From Abditibacterium sp. (GTDB taxonomy: Bacteria > Armatimonadota > Abditibacteriia > Abditibacteriales > Abditibacteriaceae), in NCBI GenBank assembly GCA_965246885.1, contig OZ251992.1, forward strand, positions 704,001 through 768,000: DNA of 64,000 nucleotides. Direction: 5' to 3'. The notes below the pieces were generated by a model. The model saw only the letters and a program-made list of their open reading frames with translations, searched no databases and was not told the origin of the DNA. Below are positions 1-9,389 of this stretch, piece after piece. The position numbers and the translations under genes were made by a program. How positions within the stretch are numbered: the first letter of the stretch is position 1; every line of letters starts with the position of its first letter.

Positions 1-1442
1 GCGCGTTCAGGGGTGTTAAGCAAAAAGTCCACTTTCGCTTCTTTGAGCAGGGTGTTGATGTTTGGCTCGTCCTCGCGGATTTTGTGGACGAGTTCGCACG
101 CCACGCCGCGCGCTGCGAGGGCATCTTTGGTGCCCTGCGTCGCGTAGATTTTGTAGCCCAGTTCCGCGAAACCCTGCACGATCGGGGCGCCTTCGTCTTT
201 GGTGCCGGACGCGAGCGTGACGATGACCGCGCCGTGTCCGCGCGCTTCGCCGGGGAGCGGAATGTCGTAGCCCGAAGCGACCATCGCTTTGTAGAGCGCG
301 CGGGGAAAAGTGTTGTCCACGCCCATGATTTCGCCCGTTGACTTCATTTCGGGGCCGAGATCGGTGTCCACCATCGTGAGCTTTTGGAACGAGAAGACGG
401 GCGCTTTGACGGCGACTTGGTCGGGCGTGGGATACAAGCCCGACTTGTAACCGAGATCGAAGAGCTTCTCGCCCATCATGACGCGCGTCGCCAAGTCCAC
501 CATCGGCACGCCCGTAATTTTGCTCAGATACGGCACGGTGCGAGAAGCGCGCGGGTTGACTTCGATGATATACGCTTGCTCGCCCTCGATGACGTATTGG
601 ATGTTCATCAAGCCCTTCACTTTGAGTTCAAGCGCGACGCGAATGGCGTAGTCCTCGATTTGCTGGATGATGCGCGGCGAGAAGTTTTGCGGCGGATAGA
701 CCGCCATCGAGTCGCCCGAATGGACGCCCGCGCGCTCGATATGCTCCATGATGCCGGGCAGGAGGCAGGTCTCGCCGTCACTTATTACGTCCACTTCGGC
801 TTCTCGTCCGGTGATGTATTTGTCCACCAAAATGGGCCGATCCGAAGAAACTTCGGTCGAGGTGCGCATATACGAGCGCAGGTCGGCGTCGTTGTAAACG
901 ATCTCCATGCCGCGCCCGCCCAAAACATACGAGGGCCGAACCAAAACGGGGAAGCCGATTTCCGACGCGACGCGCGCGGCGGCTTCCGTCGTGGTGACGG
1001 CTTTTCCGGCGGGTTTGGGGATGCCCAAGCGCACGAGGAGGGTGTCGAAGCGGTCGCGGTCTTCGGCGAGGTCTATCGAATCGAACTGTGTGCCCAAGAT
1101 GGGCACGCCCGCGCGGTGCAAAGGCTTGGCGAGGTTAATTGCCGTTTGCCCCCCGAATTGCACGACGACGCCCAAGGGTTGTTCGCGGTCTACCACGTTG
1201 AGCACATCTTCGAGCGTAAGCGGCTCGAAGTAGAGCCGGTCGGAAATGTCGAAGTCGGTCGAGACGGTTTCGGGATTGTTGTTAATCACGACCGCTTCAT
1301 AGCCCGCCGCGCGGATGGCGCGGGTGCAGTGAACGCTCGCGTAGTCGAACTCGATGCCCTGCCCAATGCGGATGGGGCCGGAGCCGATGATGATGACGGT
1401 GCCTTTGGACGGGGAAGCGGAATCGGACGCGACGGAGTACAT
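1..1442 (-). CDS. carB: Carbamoyl-phosphate synthase large subunit, C-terminal half only (carbamoyl-phosphate ATP-grasp plus MGS domain); runs off window start
   Basis: Manual translation from ATG at 1442: MYSVASDSASPSKGTVIIIGSGPIRIGQGIEFDY...NNNPETVSTD...RPSYVLGGRGM...HIERAGVHSGD...EVNPRASRT...GPEMKSTGE...YATQGT (MGS). In-frame TGA 5 codons upstream of the ATG. Confidence 0.93.
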   Translation of the reverse strand, partial: MYSVASDSASPSKGTVIIIGSGPIRIGQGIEFDYASVHCTRAIRAAGYEAVVINNNPETVSTDFDISDRLYFEPLTLEDVLNVVDREQPLGVVVQFGGQTAINLAKPLHRAGVPILGTQFDSIDLAEDRDRFDTLLVRLGIPKPAGKAVTTTEAAARVASEIGFPVLVRPSYVLGGRGMEIVYNDADLRSYMRTSTEVSSDRPILVDKYITGREAEVDVISDGETCLLPGIMEHIERAGVHSGDSMAVYPPQNFSPRIIQQIEDYAIRVALELKVKGLMNIQYVIEGEQAYIIEVNPRASRTVPYLSKITGVPMVDLATRVMMGEKLFDLGYKSGLYPTPDQVAVKAPVFSFQKLTMVDTDLGPEMKSTGEIMGVDNTFPRALYKAMVASGYDIPLPGEARGHGAVIVTLASGTKDEGAPIVQGFAELGYKIYATQGTKDALAARGVACELVHKIREDEPNINTLLKEAKVDFLLNTPER

Positions 1443-1589
1443 GAAGAAAGGGTGGCTTCAACTCCGCGAGCGCGGCGGAAACCCGTCTCATTTTAGCAAG
1501 AGGAGCGCTCATCGGCCCGCAAAACTTCCTTTTGATGGTTTGAGATTGGCACGGCGATTGACCAATGGCGCGCGGCAACGCCCACTCTT

Positions 1590-2120
1590 ATGAACTCCAA
1601 CTCGATCTTTTCGCCATCGCGCTTGGTTATCGCGGCAGGTCTTTTGTCCGCTTTGTCGCTGGTTGGCTCTGCTTGGGCGGGGCCGCGTTACGTTGCGCCG
1701 GACGGCTACTCCTTCGAGGTGCCCGCCGGATACAAGCGCAGCGTCCACTCTGTCGCCAAAGACGTCGCCGCGTGGGTCGCACCAGATAACAGCGTCCTTG
1801 CTGTATCGAGCTTGCCCGTCAGCAAAGATGTTTCCGAAAAGCAGTTGCTGTATGTGGCGCGTTACCGGTTTGTGCACGAACACAGCAAAGCGGCAAAGCT
1901 CCTCCAAGCGAAGTCCATGACCGTCCAAGGAGATCATGGTGTGGTGTTATTGGCCGAAGACACGCGCGCTTCCCCGCCGCTCATCAAGCTCTCCGTCACC
2001 GAAGTGAGCATCTTGCACAACCATAAGTTTTACATCATCGGCCTCAGCGTTCCCCTCGCCAAGCGCAAAGTTGGTGTGAACACCATGTCCGCCCTTATTG
2101 GCTCGTGGAAATATAAATGA
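1590..2120 (+). CDS. Secreted hypothetical protein, possibly PsbP/DcrB-like fold
   Basis: Signal peptide ending AWA, then YVAPDGYSFEVPAGY and a C-terminal IGSWKYK pattern typical of PsbP-like proteins. Confidence 0.6.
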   Translation: MNSNSIFSPSRLVIAAGLLSALSLVGSAWAGPRYVAPDGYSFEVPAGYKRSVHSVAKDVAAWVAPDNSVLAVSSLPVSKDVSEKQLLYVARYRFVHEHSKAAKLLQAKSMTVQGDHGVVLLAEDTRASPPLIKLSVTEVSILHNHKFYIIGLSVPLAKRKVGVNTMSALIGSWKYK

Positions 2121-2168
2121 ACGGCGCTGCAAAGTGTGTACGTTTTTTAACCAAATTTCCCGGTCGTC

Positions 2169-2197
2169 TTGACCTTTGGCCGAGCATCACCTAAAAT
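2169..2197 (+). promoter_or_regulatory. Sigma70-type promoter of the cold-shock gene, followed by a roughly 110-nt structured 5' UTR
   Basis: TTGACC-N17-TAAAAT; CCGAATC (2204) can pair with GATTCGG (2236). Confidence 0.6.
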
Positions 2198-2312
2198 TGC
2201 CGTCCGAATCGAAGCCGCGCTTCCCACGCGGCACAGATTCGGTCGCTTCGCTTCTTCCGCCGTTTCGGGAAGTGGCTGCGACCACCCTGTTCAGGAGATT
2301 ATTTTCTACTTC

Positions 2313-2531
2313 ATGGCAAACGGCAAAGTCAAATGGTTCAACGACGCCAAAGGTTTTGGTTTCATCGAACAAAGCACCGGCGAAGATGTCTTCGTCCACT
2401 ACTCCGCGATTCAGACAGACGGCTACCGCTCCCTCAAGGAAGGGCAAGACGTCGAGTTTGAACTCGACAACGCCGACAAGGGCTTGCGCGCTGCCAACGT
2501 GCGCTCGCTCGCCGAAGTCGGCGCCGAGTAA
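2313..2531 (+). CDS. csp: Cold-shock protein (CspA family)
   Basis: [18 protein letters not shown]...DVFVHYSAI (RNP1 and RNP2 motifs). Confidence 0.97.
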   Translation: MANGKVKWFNDAKGFGFIEQSTGEDVFVHYSAIQTDGYRSLKEGQDVEFELDNADKGLRAANVRSLAEVGAE

Positions 2532-2547
2532 CTGGTTTCGGAAAAGC

Positions 2548-2584
2548 AAACGCCGTGCTCCTTTTGGGGTGCGGCGTTTTGTTT
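2548..2584 (+). terminator. Intrinsic terminator after csp
   Basis: AAACGCCG-TGCTCC-TTTT-GGGGTG-CGGCGTTTT hairpin plus T tract. Confidence 0.8.
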
Positions 2585-2617
2585 GGTTAAAGCCGCCCCC
2601 TAAACTGCGCGCTTCTT

Positions 2618-3175
2618 ATGAGCATCGTAACACGCGGCGGCGACGCCGGACAAACCCGCCTCATCTTCGGCACCCGCGTTTCCAAAGCCGATTTGCAAGT
2701 CGAAGCCTACGGCGCGCAGGACGAACTCAACTCGTTTCTGGGGTTAGCCCGCGCCAGTTGCCCCGACGAACGCACGCGCGCCGCTTTGGAAGCCATGCAA
2801 CGCGATACCTTTGTCGTGGGCGCGGAACTGGCCTCGCCCGCCGACGAGCGCCCCAAACTCAAGACCCGCGTCTCACCCGACATGACCGCCCGGTTAGATG
2901 CCGTCGTCGCCGAAATCGAGAAGATTCCCGGCCTGCTCGACGACTGGGCGCTTCCCGGCGCCACGCCCGACGGCGCCGCCATTGACTGCGCCCGCACCGT
3001 CGCCCGCCGTGCCGAACGCGCCGCCGTGCGCCTCATCGAGTTCGAGAAAAGCGCCGAGCAAAGCGCCGAACTCCTGCGCTACCTCAACCGCGTGTCCGAT
3101 GTTCTGTGGCTGTTGGGCCGCCGCTTGGAGATTGAGCGCGGAGCGGATGGAGCGCTGCGGCATGAAAGCGACTGA
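2618..3175 (+). CDS. pduO: PduO-type cob(I)alamin adenosyltransferase
   Basis: SIVTRGGDAGQT, EAYGAQDELNS, RTVARRAER, YLNRVSD motifs. Confidence 0.92.
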   Translation: MSIVTRGGDAGQTRLIFGTRVSKADLQVEAYGAQDELNSFLGLARASCPDERTRAALEAMQRDTFVVGAELASPADERPKLKTRVSPDMTARLDAVVAEIEKIPGLLDDWALPGATPDGAAIDCARTVARRAERAAVRLIEFEKSAEQSAELLRYLNRVSDVLWLLGRRLEIERGADGALRHESD

Positions 3176-3189
3176 AGTCGCTTGCTACT

Positions 3190-6100
3190 TTACTCTCCCA
3201 CTCCCACTCCCACCCGCATCTCGTCGCTCGTCGCGCGGATTTCGGGGGCGTAAACGGCGTAGCCATTCGTCGGCAGGGCGTGGAATTGGCCGGGCGCCTC
3301 GGCGCGCACGCGGTAGCGCAAGACGCGGCGGCCTTGCGGCAGGCTACTGACGAAGAAGGCTGTTTTGTCGTCGCGCATTTCGACGTAAGAGCCGAGGCCG
3401 TTGCTATAGTCGTAGCCGGAGCGGATGTCCACCGGCTCGAAGCCCGCTGCTTTCATGTCCTCGAAGACGAGGTATTCATAATCGTTGCGGGCGTTGACGA
3501 CGAGTTCGACTTCGATCAAGTCGCCACTTTTCACGCTCGCGCCATCTTTGATTTCCTCGCGCTTGTATTCGGGCGCTGGCGGGGTGTAGTCCTGCGGCGG
3601 GAAGGGCACGATGACAGCGCGCCCCGCGACTTTGGCCGCCGTGCTGCCGGTTGTCGGCACGTCCACGCTCGCGGCGGGCTTGGTTTCGGCGCGGGTGAGC
3701 TTGTAGAAGGTGCGCCCGACGCTCAGTTCGTTGCCGCTACCCTTGATGGGGTCTTCGCGCGAGAACGAATCCTCGTAGGCGGAGAAATACAGCTTGCCGC
3801 GCCCCGTCTTGGTGATGGTGAGCGTGTTCTTCGCGGCGCCACTTTCGAGGAACAGGTCGCCCGCGCGGAAGCGGTTGTCGAACCAAAGGGCGTTATCGGC
3901 GGTGACGTGGTAGGTGCGCGCCAGCTTGCCGTTGAGACTGACCTGCACGTTCATATCCACGTCCAACTCGCGGTGGCGCGCGACGTATTGGGCAAGGGTA
4001 TAAACGACCTCGGCGGTTTCCTTGGTGCTTCTCCAGTGGTTGCCGCGCGAGTTGAGCGTAAGCCATTTGGCGAACATCGGCACCAACTTGTTGTCGGGCG
4101 CGATCTCGTCGAAGGCGCGCAGCGCGAGCGCGACTGTCTCCACATCGTTGTTCCACCACAGCCAGTAGTCGGGTTGCGTCTGGTAGCGCGCCGTGCCGTT
4201 GTCGGCGTCTATGCGGACGGTGTTTTCGAGGTTGCGCACCACGACGTTCGCTTTGTCGGTTTCGCCGTTGCGGGCGAGCGTCATGGCGAGGTAGCACTTG
4301 GCCAAAGGCGCCAACCGCTCGCGCTGCGTGAACAAACGCCCGGACGCGAGGCTCTTGGCCATGCTGTCACTCCCGTCTTGCGAGAGGGCGTAGGTCATAT
4401 ACGCGAGCAGTTGCAGGTTATCCTCGTCTTTAAGGTGGTTGCGCAGGTAGTCGCGGCCCCGGCTCAGGGTGTTCTCCTCGAACCCGATGCCCGCGCGCTT
4501 GGCTTGCGACAAGCCGTAAACGACGTAGGCGGAAATCCACTCGTCGCTTTGCGAGGCGCCCGGAAACCAGCCCCAGCCGCCGTCGTCTCGTTGCATCGAA
4601 GCGAGTTTCTGCATCCCCTCGCGCGTCATTTGCGCGGTCAGCTTCGCATCGTAGATGGGGTTGGAGCGACCGTGCCCGTCGTACCACCACATATGCGACG
4701 CCATTTCGTCCAAGTCGCGCGCGTTCGGCTCGCCCTTGGGGAACGAGTAGCCGGAGTTCTTCACCGTGCCCAACTTCGACTTGGTCTGCGCTTCGGCCTT
4801 GTAAGCGGCGGCGCGGGCGCGCAGCGTTTCGAGGTTGACGCCCGACGCTTTGAGCGAGCGTTCCACCAGAGCGGACGGCAGAAAGCGCGACATGGTTTGC
4901 TCGACGCAGCCATACGGGTAGTCGGCCAGATACGGCAGGGCATCGAGCGCCGTCGCCGCGAGCGAGGGGTTCAGTTGCACGTTGAGTTGCGACGCGCCGA
5001 ACTGCCGCTTGCCGGGAAAGGTGAGCGGGATGGTCGTCGTGCCGTCGGCGGCAATGACACCGGCGTGCGCCGCGAACTGCGGGGCGCCGTGCGTCAGGAC
5101 GGGGAAGGACAGCTTCACGGCATCGGAATCAGTCGCGGTGCGCGCCGACGCGCTGATGGTCGTCTTGCCTTCGCGCGCGGCGGTAACGACGGTATCCACG
5201 CGCTTCTCTTCGCCCGCCGCGAGCGTCACGGACTGCGGCGCGGGCGTGTTGCCGAGCAAGCCATCGAAGCCGAAGGCGACTTGCGCGGTTTGGGCGCGGT
5301 CGGAGTAGTTGTGGACGTTCGCCGAGATCGTCACTTGGTCGCCCTCGACGAAAAAGCGCGGGGCTTGCAAGCGCACGATGAGGTCTTTCTTCGTCGCGGC
5401 GTCCGATTCGGCGCTCCCGACTTGGACAGAGTTCGTCAGGCCGCGCGCTGTCGCGTGCCACTGCGTGAGCGAGTCGGGAAAGGTGACTTTCACCGTCGCC
5501 TCGCCGCCATTTGTCACTACGGCGGGCGACCAAAACGCGGTCTCGGCGAAGTTGGAACGGACGGGCTCGGCGTCAGGCGCACCGCCGCCCGCCACACTCT
5601 TTGCCGCCAGTTGTGCGTCTATCCTCGGCGCAGCCGCCGGGGTCGCAAGGGTTATTCCATTGGTGTCAGCCAAATAGTTGTTCCTGCCGCGCGCGTGGAG
5701 GAAAGTTACCCCGCCACTCATTCTGGCGCTCCGCGAGTATGAACCGTTGAAGGCATACCCATTATAATCGTGATACCCGTAATACCCGAACCCGCCCGGC
5801 ATGAGTTGCAGTTGGCCGAAGTCGTCGGGCAACTCCCATCCGTGCCGCTCGATGTTGGGTTCGGGCGGGGTTTCGGAGCGCGCTTCGATGTTCCCCGACC
5901 GGCTCGAATCGAGGTTGACGGAGTTGCCGCGCCGGTCGCCATAAAAGAACGAGCGCGCGTCGGGCGTGGTGTCGGCTTGGATGTAGAACAAACTGGCGTC
6001 CACCAAGGCGAGCGAGACTTCGGCGCGGGCGGGCTGGCCGCTCCAATCGCGCGCGCGGATGTGGAAGGTGCCGGTCTCGCCCGGTTTGTAGGTCGCTTTA

Positions 6101-9100
6101 TCGCCCTTGACATCGAGCGTCAGCAGTTGGCGCGTCGGCGGCACGATGACCTCGGTTTGCGCTTGGAACACCTCGTAGTCCTGCACAAGCGCCGCGCCCA
6201 AGAAGAAGTTCGGCACTTTGCTCTTGTCGATGGGGATGCTAACCTCGACCGATTGGCCGCCGGAGGGTAGGCGCATATAATAGGCGTCGCGGTTTATTGG
6301 CGCGCCGATTTGGATGATGTCCCGCTTGAGGATTTGCCCGTTCGCTTCTTGGGTGAAGAGGACGCTCGCGCCGGGGGTGTCGGCGACGAGGCGGGCGTGC
6401 AGGGTTTGGCCTTCTTCGTAGGCGGGCTTGTCGAGCAGGATGGTGACGCCGCGCAAGCGAATCTGCCCGACGTTCTCGCCGACGACCCACGCTTCCAAGG
6501 CGGCCTTGGGTTTGTCGCCCCACTCGGATTGGCCCTCGAACTCGATGCGGAACTGGCCCGAATCCCTCGCTTCCCACGTCCATGTGGCGCGGCCCGTCGC
6601 GTCGGTGCTGATGGGTTGTTCGAGGAGTTTTTCTTCCTTGTCGCTTGGGAGCAGGCGGAAAACGCGCATGACGCCCGACGCGGCGACGGGCTGGGCGTTG
6701 GCGTCTTGGGTGCGCAGTTCAACGGGCACGCGGTCGCCCTTTTGGGCGTAGCCTTGCGAGGTATTGAGGAACGCGAAATACGCTTGGTTGGCGACTTTGA
6801 CTTGGCCCTGCGCTTCGATGGTGCGACGGGAAGAGTCGGTGATTTCCGCTTCGACGGTGTAAAGCGGGTTGGGCCGCCCGCGCCACCAACCATTTTCAAT
6901 GACGTATTGCGGTTGGGCGTCCAGCGCCGATGTTTTGAAGGCGATTTTGGCGGCGCCTTGCGCGTCCGTCGTAGTGGTGCCCTCGAAGACGATCTCGCCT
7001 GACCCCTCACTCCCGATGTTGCGGCGGTTGCCGTAGGAGTCCATGCCCCACGCGGTGGTCAACCAGTCGTACGGCGAGGGAAAGCGGAACTCCGAATACC
7101 AGACCGACTTGCGGACGGTGTATTTGACGTGCGCGTTTGGCACGGGGGCGCCGAAGTAGTAGCGGGCCGACAAGCGCGCCTCGACGGTTTCACCCGGCTT
7201 TTTCACGTCTTTGGGCGCGGCGACGGTGACTTCAAATTCGGGCCGCTTGTATTCCTCGACGCGAAATCCGGCTTGGCTGCTAATCCGGTCGTCGTCGGAA
7301 ATGCTCAGCGAACACGCGCCGAGCGCCGATGAATCGAGTAGCTTGAACTCGCCCGACAAGGAGCCAAATTCGCCCGTCGTCGCTTCGCCTTCCCACAACT
7401 TCGCGCCGCGCGCGTCGTTCGCCGTGATGAAAAACTTGCGGCCAACAAGCGGTTTGCGGTCGTTGCCCGTCGTGCGGTTGGTGGCGACGAAGCGGAAGTG
7501 GACGGTTTGGCCGGGGCGATAGACGGGGCGGTCGGTGTAGCCGAGCACTTTGGGTTGGTTCTGGCTGTCGTGGCCCCAATAGCCGTAGCCGCCGTAGTTC
7601 TGGTCGCCCGTGAACGCGTAGCGGTTGCCGATGTGGGCGAAAGCGGCGAAGTTGGAGGGGTTGTTGGCCGCGCGGGTCTTGTCGAAGAAGCCGTCCGTCC
7701 CGGTCGCGCCGCGCGCGATGCTGACTTTGCGGTGGTTATCGTCCCACCATGTCTCTTTTATCGTGACATGGGCGCCGGGAACTTTGGCGCCGGTGCGGGC
7801 GTCGCACGCCCACACGAAAGCGCTTTTCACATCGCTCTTTTTCAAGAGCGCCAAGTCCGACACAACGACGATTTGACCGAAGCGAACCTTGCCCGCGCTC
7901 GCCACGACGACATAGGCGCCAAGGTCGGTGATGGGCGCGGCTAATTTTGCGACCCGCGCACTATAATTTCCCGCGTCCTCGGTCTTATGCATCCAGCGCG
8001 CAACGGGGGCGCCTAACTTGGCGGTGAGGTCGCCGATGGAGCCGAAGTTTTTTGGGAAGGAAGTGAAGGTCGCCTCGGCGTCTTGGAGCGGCTTGTCCGC
8101 GAGCAGGAAGTCTTCCAACTTCACCCGATAGGCCGCGAAGAAGACTTCCTTGACGTTGCGCGACTGCACTTGCAGTTGCGGCTTCTCTCCCGGTTTGGCG
8201 ACGCCCAAAACCGAGAAGGAGACCTCGCGCCGCTCGATGTCGCGGATGGCCGCGCGCGCATCGTTCGCCCATTTGGACTTGGGGTATTTTCGCGCAAGTT
8301 CCAGCCAGACGGCGCGCTGCTTGACGGCGCTGGGTTGACGTTGCGCGAGGGAAACGAGCGTTTGCGGCGCGAGCGGCGAAGCGGGGAAGGTGTCCACCAA
8401 GCCGCGCAGGGGCGCGTCGGGGTCGAGGCTTTGGAAGGGGAACGGCTTGACGATGGTTTTCTTGGTTTGCGCGTCGTAGCGCGTGGCCCACGCGAGGGTG
8501 CGGCTATGGTAGGCGCCCAGAAAGAGGCCCTCGCCGAGCAGGGCGCGCCCCGTTTTGGAGCGGCCCTCGCCCTCGTCAAGGGTGGGGGTTTGCCGATACA
8601 GGAACAGCACCTTCTTGGGCAAGCTCCAGCCCGTCGAGTAGCGCGCGCCCACGTCCAAGGCTTCGTCGAACGGCCCATCGCCGTGCTTGTCGAGGGTTTG
8701 GATGAACTCCTCGAAGCTCACCTGCGGCAAAAAGGCGGCGAGGTCGAGGTTCAGGTCGCACTCTTCATCCCACGCGAGCGGGTAGATGGGCGCGAAATAA
8801 CGGTTCGCCTTGGCGTCGCGGCGCTCCCCCTCGGCCAATACTTTCGCGGCTTCCATGTGCGCGAGCGCGGCTTTCTGGTCGCTTGCGTAAAGGGAGATTT
8901 GCTGCGGCGTTTCGCCGTTCTTGACGACCGGGTATTCGTTCTGGCGCAGGGTCTTGTCGCCGACCTTCCACGCATTGTGCGGGGCTTGGACGTAGATGAG
9001 GCCGAGCAGATACTCGAAACGCGCTTTCCACGCGGCGGTTTTGGCGCCTTCGGACGCGGCGGCGATGGCTTCGTCCCACTTTTGCGTCTTCCACAGCGCG

Positions 9101-9303
9101 AGCGCCATGTCGTACTGGACGCGCTCTGGCTCGCGCCCACCCGCTTTGGCGGCGCGCAGCAGTTCCAAGGCGTGGGCGTAAGATTTCTCGGTCATGGCTT
9201 GCTCGGCCCCGGCCAACGGGTCGGGCACGGTTTGCGCGCGGACGGACAGCGTGGCGCCCCAAAGGGCGGCGCACACGAGCAGGAAACGAGGATGGATTGT
9301 CAT
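3190..9303 (-). CDS. Bacterial alpha-2-macroglobulin with N-terminal TPR-like region
   Basis: About 2040 aa; signal peptide; YTDRPVYRPGQ (MG2), FPDSLTQW, thioester motif YPYGCVEQ, C-terminal GFEPVD...VEMRDD. Start placed at ATG 9303 (ORF open to 9351). Confidence 0.93.
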   Translation of the reverse strand: MTIHPRFLLVCAALWGATLSVRAQTVPDPLAGAEQAMTEKSYAHALELLRAAKAGGREPERVQYDMALALWKTQKWDEAIAAASEGAKTAAWKARFEYLLGLIYVQAPHNAWKVGDKTLRQNEYPVVKNGETPQQISLYASDQKAALAHMEAAKVLAEGERRDAKANRYFAPIYPLAWDEECDLNLDLAAFLPQVSFEEFIQTLDKHGDGPFDEALDVGARYSTGWSLPKKVLFLYRQTPTLDEGEGRSKTGRALLGEGLFLGAYHSRTLAWATRYDAQTKKTIVKPFPFQSLDPDAPLRGLVDTFPASPLAPQTLVSLAQRQPSAVKQRAVWLELARKYPKSKWANDARAAIRDIERREVSFSVLGVAKPGEKPQLQVQSRNVKEVFFAAYRVKLEDFLLADKPLQDAEATFTSFPKNFGSIGDLTAKLGAPVARWMHKTEDAGNYSARVAKLAAPITDLGAYVVVASAGKVRFGQIVVVSDLALLKKSDVKSAFVWACDARTGAKVPGAHVTIKETWWDDNHRKVSIARGATGTDGFFDKTRAANNPSNFAAFAHIGNRYAFTGDQNYGGYGYWGHDSQNQPKVLGYTDRPVYRPGQTVHFRFVATNRTTGNDRKPLVGRKFFITANDARGAKLWEGEATTGEFGSLSGEFKLLDSSALGACSLSISDDDRISSQAGFRVEEYKRPEFEVTVAAPKDVKKPGETVEARLSARYYFGAPVPNAHVKYTVRKSVWYSEFRFPSPYDWLTTAWGMDSYGNRRNIGSEGSGEIVFEGTTTTDAQGAAKIAFKTSALDAQPQYVIENGWWRGRPNPLYTVEAEITDSSRRTIEAQGQVKVANQAYFAFLNTSQGYAQKGDRVPVELRTQDANAQPVAASGVMRVFRLLPSDKEEKLLEQPISTDATGRATWTWEARDSGQFRIEFEGQSEWGDKPKAALEAWVVGENVGQIRLRGVTILLDKPAYEEGQTLHARLVADTPGASVLFTQEANGQILKRDIIQIGAPINRDAYYMRLPSGGQSVEVSIPIDKSKVPNFFLGAALVQDYEVFQAQTEVIVPPTRQLLTLDVKGDKATYKPGETGTFHIRARDWSGQPARAEVSLALVDASLFYIQADTTPDARSFFYGDRRGNSVNLDSSRSGNIEARSETPPEPNIERHGWELPDDFGQLQLMPGGFGYYGYHDYNGYAFNGSYSRSARMSGGVTFLHARGRNNYLADTNGITLATPAAAPRIDAQLAAKSVAGGGAPDAEPVRSNFAETAFWSPAVVTNGGEATVKVTFPDSLTQWHATARGLTNSVQVGSAESDAATKKDLIVRLQAPRFFVEGDQVTISANVHNYSDRAQTAQVAFGFDGLLGNTPAPQSVTLAAGEEKRVDTVVTAAREGKTTISASARTATDSDAVKLSFPVLTHGAPQFAAHAGVIAADGTTTIPLTFPGKRQFGASQLNVQLNPSLAATALDALPYLADYPYGCVEQTMSRFLPSALVERSLKASGVNLETLRARAAAYKAEAQTKSKLGTVKNSGYSFPKGEPNARDLDEMASHMWWYDGHGRSNPIYDAKLTAQMTREGMQKLASMQRDDGGWGWFPGASQSDEWISAYVVYGLSQAKRAGIGFEENTLSRGRDYLRNHLKDEDNLQLLAYMTYALSQDGSDSMAKSLASGRLFTQRERLAPLAKCYLAMTLARNGETDKANVVVRNLENTVRIDADNGTARYQTQPDYWLWWNNDVETVALALRAFDEIAPDNKLVPMFAKWLTLNSRGNHWRSTKETAEVVYTLAQYVARHRELDVDMNVQVSLNGKLARTYHVTADNALWFDNRFRAGDLFLESGAAKNTLTITKTGRGKLYFSAYEDSFSREDPIKGSGNELSVGRTFYKLTRAETKPAASVDVPTTGSTAAKVAGRAVIVPFPPQDYTPPAPEYKREEIKDGASVKSGDLIEVELVVNARNDYEYLVFEDMKAAGFEPVDIRSGYDYSNGLGSYVEMRDDKTAFFVSSLPQGRRVLRYRVRAEAPGQFHALPTNGYAVYAPEIRATSDEMRVGVGVGE

Positions 9304-9389
9304 CTGTGGGTCTTCGACTGTGGGGCGCGCGGCTTTGTTCCCTTGCCCCAAAACAACAGCGCGCGAACTTTCGTTCGCGCGCTGTTCAA

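Noticed and set aside
3195..3213. (CTCCCA)x3 microsatellite at the alpha-2-macroglobulin C-terminus
   Set aside because: Too short to support a function; only adds VGVG to the tail
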